Shown here: in pieces, positions 20,915 to 24,000 of the stretch
Numbering within the stretch: position 1 is the stretch's first letter
How the letters are laid out: every line of letters begins with the position of its first letter
NCBI RefSeq assembly: GCF_000829435.1
Contig: NZ_JXRP01000009.1
Coordinates: 865,720 to 889,719, forward strand
Source: Jeotgalibacillus soli
GTDB taxonomy: Bacteria > Bacillota > Bacilli > Bacillales > Jeotgalibacillaceae
DNA length: 24,000 bases
Reading direction: 5' to 3'
Translations under genes and position numbers: made by a program
Notes under the pieces: generated by a model
The model's database searches: none
Told to the model about the DNA's origin: nothing
The model's input: the letters and a program-made list of their open reading frames with translations, nothing else

Positions 20915-21937
20915 ATGCCTACATTATTAGATTCGTTTCAAATTAAAGGACTTCAATTGAAAAATCGCATTGTGATGCCTCCAATGTGCCAGTATTCAGT
21001 AACGGAAAAGGACGGTAAGCCGAATGATTGGCATTTTTCACATTATACAAGCCGTGCGATTGGCGGCGCGGGACTGATCATCATGGAAATGACGGATGTA
21101 GAGCCTGATGGAAGAATCACGGATTATGATCTTGGTCTCTGGTCAGATGATCAAATTCCAGCGTTCAAAAAAATTATAGAAGCAAGCCAGGCTTACGGCG
21201 CAAAAGTAGGAATTCAAATTGCTCACGCTGGTCGTAAAGCCGAAGATGCAGCAGTACCTGTATCCTCATCAGCGATTCAATTTTCAGGGCAGTACAAGGA
21301 ACCGCGTGAACTGTCTACTGTAGAAGTGGAAGAAATGGTTGGAAAGTTTGAAGAAGCATTTAAACGTGCGTTAAATGCTGGTGTTGATACAATTGAAATT
21401 CATGGTGCCCATGGTTACCTAATCCATCAATTCCAATCACCGCTGACAAATAAACGTACAGATAAATACGGTGAAGACAAGAGTTTATTCGGCGTAGAAA
21501 TCATTAAAGCTGCCCGTCGAGTGATGCCTGAAGACATGCCGCTGCTCTTTAGAATTTCTGCAGTTGAGTACGCAGAAGGCGGCTATGATTTGGACTATGT
21601 TATTGAATTGGCAAAGCGTTATAAAGAAGCTGGTGTCGATGTATTCCACGTTTCTTCCGGCGGTGAAGGAGAAAGTGGCCCTGCATCAAGCGGACCTGGA
21701 TATCAGGTTGATTTATCTGAAGGAATTAGAAAAGCACTGCATGTACCAACCATTGCAGTAGGCAGAATGGAAGATCCTAAGCTAAGCGATGAAGTCATCC
21801 GTGAAGGAAAAGCCGATCTTGTTGCGGTTGGAAGAGGTATGCTGAGAAATCCTTACTGGGCGAATGAAGCGTCTCTTCAATTAGGAGGAGATCCGCTTAC
21901 GCCGGTTCCTCTGGCAGCAGCGTACAGTATACGATAA
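20915..21937 (+). CDS. namA: NADPH dehydrogenase, Old Yellow Enzyme family (YqjM/NamA type)
   Basis: 340 aa. YqjM-type motifs LKNRIVMPPMCQYS, IQIAHAGRKA, IEIHGAHGYLIHQFQSPLTNKRTDKYG and GRGMLRNPYW. RBS GGAAAGGAAG. Confidence 0.93.
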   Translation: MPTLLDSFQIKGLQLKNRIVMPPMCQYSVTEKDGKPNDWHFSHYTSRAIGGAGLIIMEMTDVEPDGRITDYDLGLWSDDQIPAFKKIIEASQAYGAKVGIQIAHAGRKAEDAAVPVSSSAIQFSGQYKEPRELSTVEVEEMVGKFEEAFKRALNAGVDTIEIHGAHGYLIHQFQSPLTNKRTDKYGEDKSLFGVEIIKAARRVMPEDMPLLFRISAVEYAEGGYDLDYVIELAKRYKEAGVDVFHVSSGGEGESGPASSGPGYQVDLSEGIRKALHVPTIAVGRMEDPKLSDEVIREGKADLVAVGRGMLRNPYWANEASLQLGGDPLTPVPLAAAYSIR

Positions 21938-21954
21938 GAAATAATTTATAATTG

Positions 21955-21988
21955 AAGCTCCCTCAAAAATATTTGAGGGAGCTTTTAT
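21955..21988 (+). terminator. Rho-independent terminator after namA
   Basis: Perfect 13-bp stem AAGCTCCCTCAAA (21955-21967) / TTTGAGGGAGCTT (21972-21984) with loop AATA and tail TTAT. Confidence 0.85.
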
Positions 21989-22007
21989 ATGGAGATTATT
22001 TTTTATA

Positions 22008-22127
22008 GGCTCTGTTAACTTGCTGATTTCCGGTTCAGGCATTCACTTTCTGCAAGCGGTCCAAAGCTCCTTGGCTCAACGCTTGCTTGTGGAGTCTCGC
22101 ATTTCTAAGAAGGAGTCTCCCACACCC
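22008..22127 (-). repeat. Dispersed intergenic repeat, copy B (inverted relative to copy A)
   Basis: The reverse complement aligns with 13088-13200 (see that feature). It contains an internal direct repeat GGAGTCTC (22090-22097 and 22112-22119). Confidence 0.75.
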
Positions 22128-22329
22128 GAAATAATAAACATCTTGACAAAATAAAAAATTATCTTTAACGCAGCATTTTTTAAAAAATCTCATATAAAAT
22201 TTTACATTAATAGTACAAATCCTCTTTAAAAAACCTCTCTGCGTACGTTTTATTACCTTATTATTTATTCATCTCCTCATACAGTATATTTTTTCACACT
22301 ATGTTCTTTTTTTATAACTAGATGTATAT

Positions 22330-22369
22330 AAAGTGCGTACTTACGTAAATAAAATATACGTATTATACT
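22330..22369 (+). promoter_or_regulatory. zwf promoter (-35 TTACGT, 17 nt, -10 TATACT) with the same abutting 15-nt element AAAGTGCGTACTTAC
   Basis: AAAGTGCGTACTTAC (22330-22344) overlaps the -35 TTACGT (22341-22346). The spacer is 17 nt and the -10 TATACT is at 22364-22369. The orientation relative to the downstream gene is identical to the hxlA site. The predicted leader is about 135-140 nt. Confidence 0.55.
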
Positions 22370-22511
22370 TACTCTCACGCAAGTAATTGCGGAATTTGGG
22401 AATGCTAGTGCCTATCTATGAAGAGAACGACAACGATGGGATAAAGATTTTCAATAGACGAAAGTCTTAAAAATATAGTGCTGTAAAAAACATCAAGTGG
22501 AGGAATGCAAA

Positions 22512-23969
22512 GTGGAGTCAATGTCATTTGTATTGTTTGGGGCTACTGGGGATTTAGCAAAAAGAAAAATATTCCCAGCTTTATATAATTTATTTCTTGA
22601 TGAGAAAATGCCAGAGGCCTATTCCATTATTGGATTAGGAAGATCATCTTTATCTCATGATGAATTTCAAACCCATGTTGAAGAGTCGCTTAAGACATTT
22701 TCCAGAAGAACTGTAGCGAATAATGCCGAGTTTGGTGAATTTATTAAAGCATTTCGTTATCAGCAGCTGGATGTGACAAAGCCTGAAGCCTATAAAAATT
22801 TGCTTACTTTTATTAAACAGAGAGAGAAAGAATTGAATCTTCCTGAAAACCGCCTCTTTTATTTATCGGTTGCTCCTGAATTTTTTGATGATATTGCCTT
22901 AAATATTAAAGAAAGCGGATTAGGAACAACGAAAGGCTGGAAACGCCTAATTATTGAAAAGCCGTTCGGTCATGATTTGGAGTCTGCTCGCGATCTTAAT
23001 ACTAAATTAAGCAGAGCATTTAAAGAAGATGAAATTTACCGTATTGATCATTATCTTGGAAAACCAATGGTTCAAAACCTTGAAACGCTGGAATTCGCAA
23101 ACCCGGTACTTCAAGCGATTTGGAATAAAGAGTACATTGCCAATGTACAAATTACTGCAAGTGAAATCGTAGGTGTGGAAGATCGGGCAGGTTATTACGA
23201 CCAGGCTGGTGCAATTCGTGATATGGTACAAAATCACATGCTTCAAATGCTGATGATGACAGCCATGCATCTGCCAAAGAAAATCAGTGCAGATGATATT
23301 CGCGATGAGAAAAGAAAAGTGATGGAATCTTTACGTTTATTATCGAAAGAAGAGGTCGGAGCTCACATTATACGCGGTCAATATGATGCAGGAGAAATTA
23401 AAGGTGAGCCTGTTGTTAAATATACAGTAGAGCCAGGAGTTGATGCTTTTTCTACAAATGATACATTTGTTGCGGCACGCTTATGGATAGACAATGATTT
23501 CTGGAAAGGGGTACCTTTCTACATCCGTACAGGAAAGAGAATGAAAGAAAAATCAACGCGTATCGTCATCGAATTTAAAAACACATTAAAGGATCTTTAC
23601 CAAACAGAAGATCAAAAGACTGCACCGAATTTATTAGTCGTTCATATAAGTCCGAATGAAGGAGTTTCCTTCCAGTTAAACAGTAAAAACCCATTGAAAA
23701 ATGGCATGATAGAACCTGTAACAGCTGATTTTTCACCGGTTACAAAAGAAGTGCCTGAAGCCTATGAAATATTACTGTTTGATGCATTGCAAGGCGATTC
23801 AACATTTTTTGCGCATTGGGATGAGGTCGAGCTATCGTGGAAATGGGTACAGCCCGTTTTGGAAGCATTCGAGGAAAACAGCATTCCGCTTCAAACGTAC
23901 CCTGCAGGATCAATGGGACCAGAAGCATCAGACAAGCTGCTTGAAGAAAACGGCTTTCATTGGTGGTAA
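22512..23969 (+). CDS. zwf: Glucose-6-phosphate 1-dehydrogenase
   Basis: Motifs FGATGDLAKRK (NADP site), IEKPFGHDL, RIDHYLGK (active-site signature) and VPFYIRTGKRM. Collinear with B. subtilis Zwf from memory. Preferred start is GTG 22512, with RBS GGAGGA (22499-22504) 7 nt upstream. Alternatives are ATG 22521 and GTG 22497. Stop TAA at 23967-23969. Confidence 0.93.
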   Translation: MESMSFVLFGATGDLAKRKIFPALYNLFLDEKMPEAYSIIGLGRSSLSHDEFQTHVEESLKTFSRRTVANNAEFGEFIKAFRYQQLDVTKPEAYKNLLTFIKQREKELNLPENRLFYLSVAPEFFDDIALNIKESGLGTTKGWKRLIIEKPFGHDLESARDLNTKLSRAFKEDEIYRIDHYLGKPMVQNLETLEFANPVLQAIWNKEYIANVQITASEIVGVEDRAGYYDQAGAIRDMVQNHMLQMLMMTAMHLPKKISADDIRDEKRKVMESLRLLSKEEVGAHIIRGQYDAGEIKGEPVVKYTVEPGVDAFSTNDTFVAARLWIDNDFWKGVPFYIRTGKRMKEKSTRIVIEFKNTLKDLYQTEDQKTAPNLLVVHISPNEGVSFQLNSKNPLKNGMIEPVTADFSPVTKEVPEAYEILLFDALQGDSTFFAHWDEVELSWKWVQPVLEAFEENSIPLQTYPAGSMGPEASDKLLEENGFHWW

Positions 23970-24000
23970 AAATCATTTTTTAATCGTGTAAGTTCTAGAT

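Noticed and set aside
21564-21761. 65-aa alternative-frame ORF inside namA
   Set aside because: It is embedded in a confidently assigned OYE gene.
22402-22470. 22-codon upstream ORF (MLVPIYEENDNDGIKIFNRRKS) in the zwf leader
   Set aside because: There is no convincing RBS and nothing in the sequence suggests attenuation. It is noted only as something ribosome profiling could revisit.
23007-23991. Antisense and alternative-frame ORFs over zwf (23007-23270, 23740-23976, 23764-23991)
   Set aside because: Shadow ORFs. The zwf frame carries all G6PDH signatures.
1-24000. Search for CRISPR arrays, tRNA/rRNA genes, intact IS elements or prophage genes, toxin-antitoxin or known defence-system genes
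   Set aside because: There are no regularly spaced direct repeats, no cloverleaf-like or rRNA-like segments that I can recognise, and no nuclease, ATPase or methylase products typical of defence systems. Every long ORF has a metabolic or regulatory assignment.

Overview
AT-rich, Bacillaceae-type chromosomal segment. From memory, the products look closest to Bacillus subtilis KatA, NagB, HxlA/HxlB/HxlR, NamA(YqjM) and Zwf. I support 22 protein-coding genes. I recognise no rRNA, tRNA, CRISPR array, intact mobile element or defence genes. Layout: (1) a partial GT4 glycosyltransferase, catalase katA with a perfect PerR box, and a Cof-type HAD phosphatase. (2) The most interesting part is a nine-gene co-directional cluster at 4229-12949. 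It holds the same gene set as the functionally unassigned E. coli yhfZ-yhfY-yhfX-yhfW-php-yhfU-yhfT-yhfS locus: a GntR-like regulator, a PRD-only protein, a DUF2620 protein, a large membrane protein, a phosphotriesterase-homology protein, two PLP enzymes and a phosphopentomutase-like mutase. Here the order differs and nagB (glucosamine-6-P deaminase) follows directly. A tandemly duplicated module with cre boxes and palindromes precedes the cluster. (3) A PHP-family phosphatase and an aldose-1-epimerase-like gene. (4) An aldehyde/electrophile-stress neighbourhood: a formaldehyde-dehydrogenase-like Zn-ADH, an SDR, hxlR with divergent hxlAB (RuMP formaldehyde fixation), a DUF1445 hydro-lyase, the OYE reductase namA, and zwf. 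The hxlA and zwf promoter regions share an identical 15-nt element with identical promoter geometry. Two inverted copies of a dispersed intergenic repeat and a decayed IS5/IS1182-type transposase N-terminal fragment are also present. All family assignments rest on motif recognition and memory, not on database searches.
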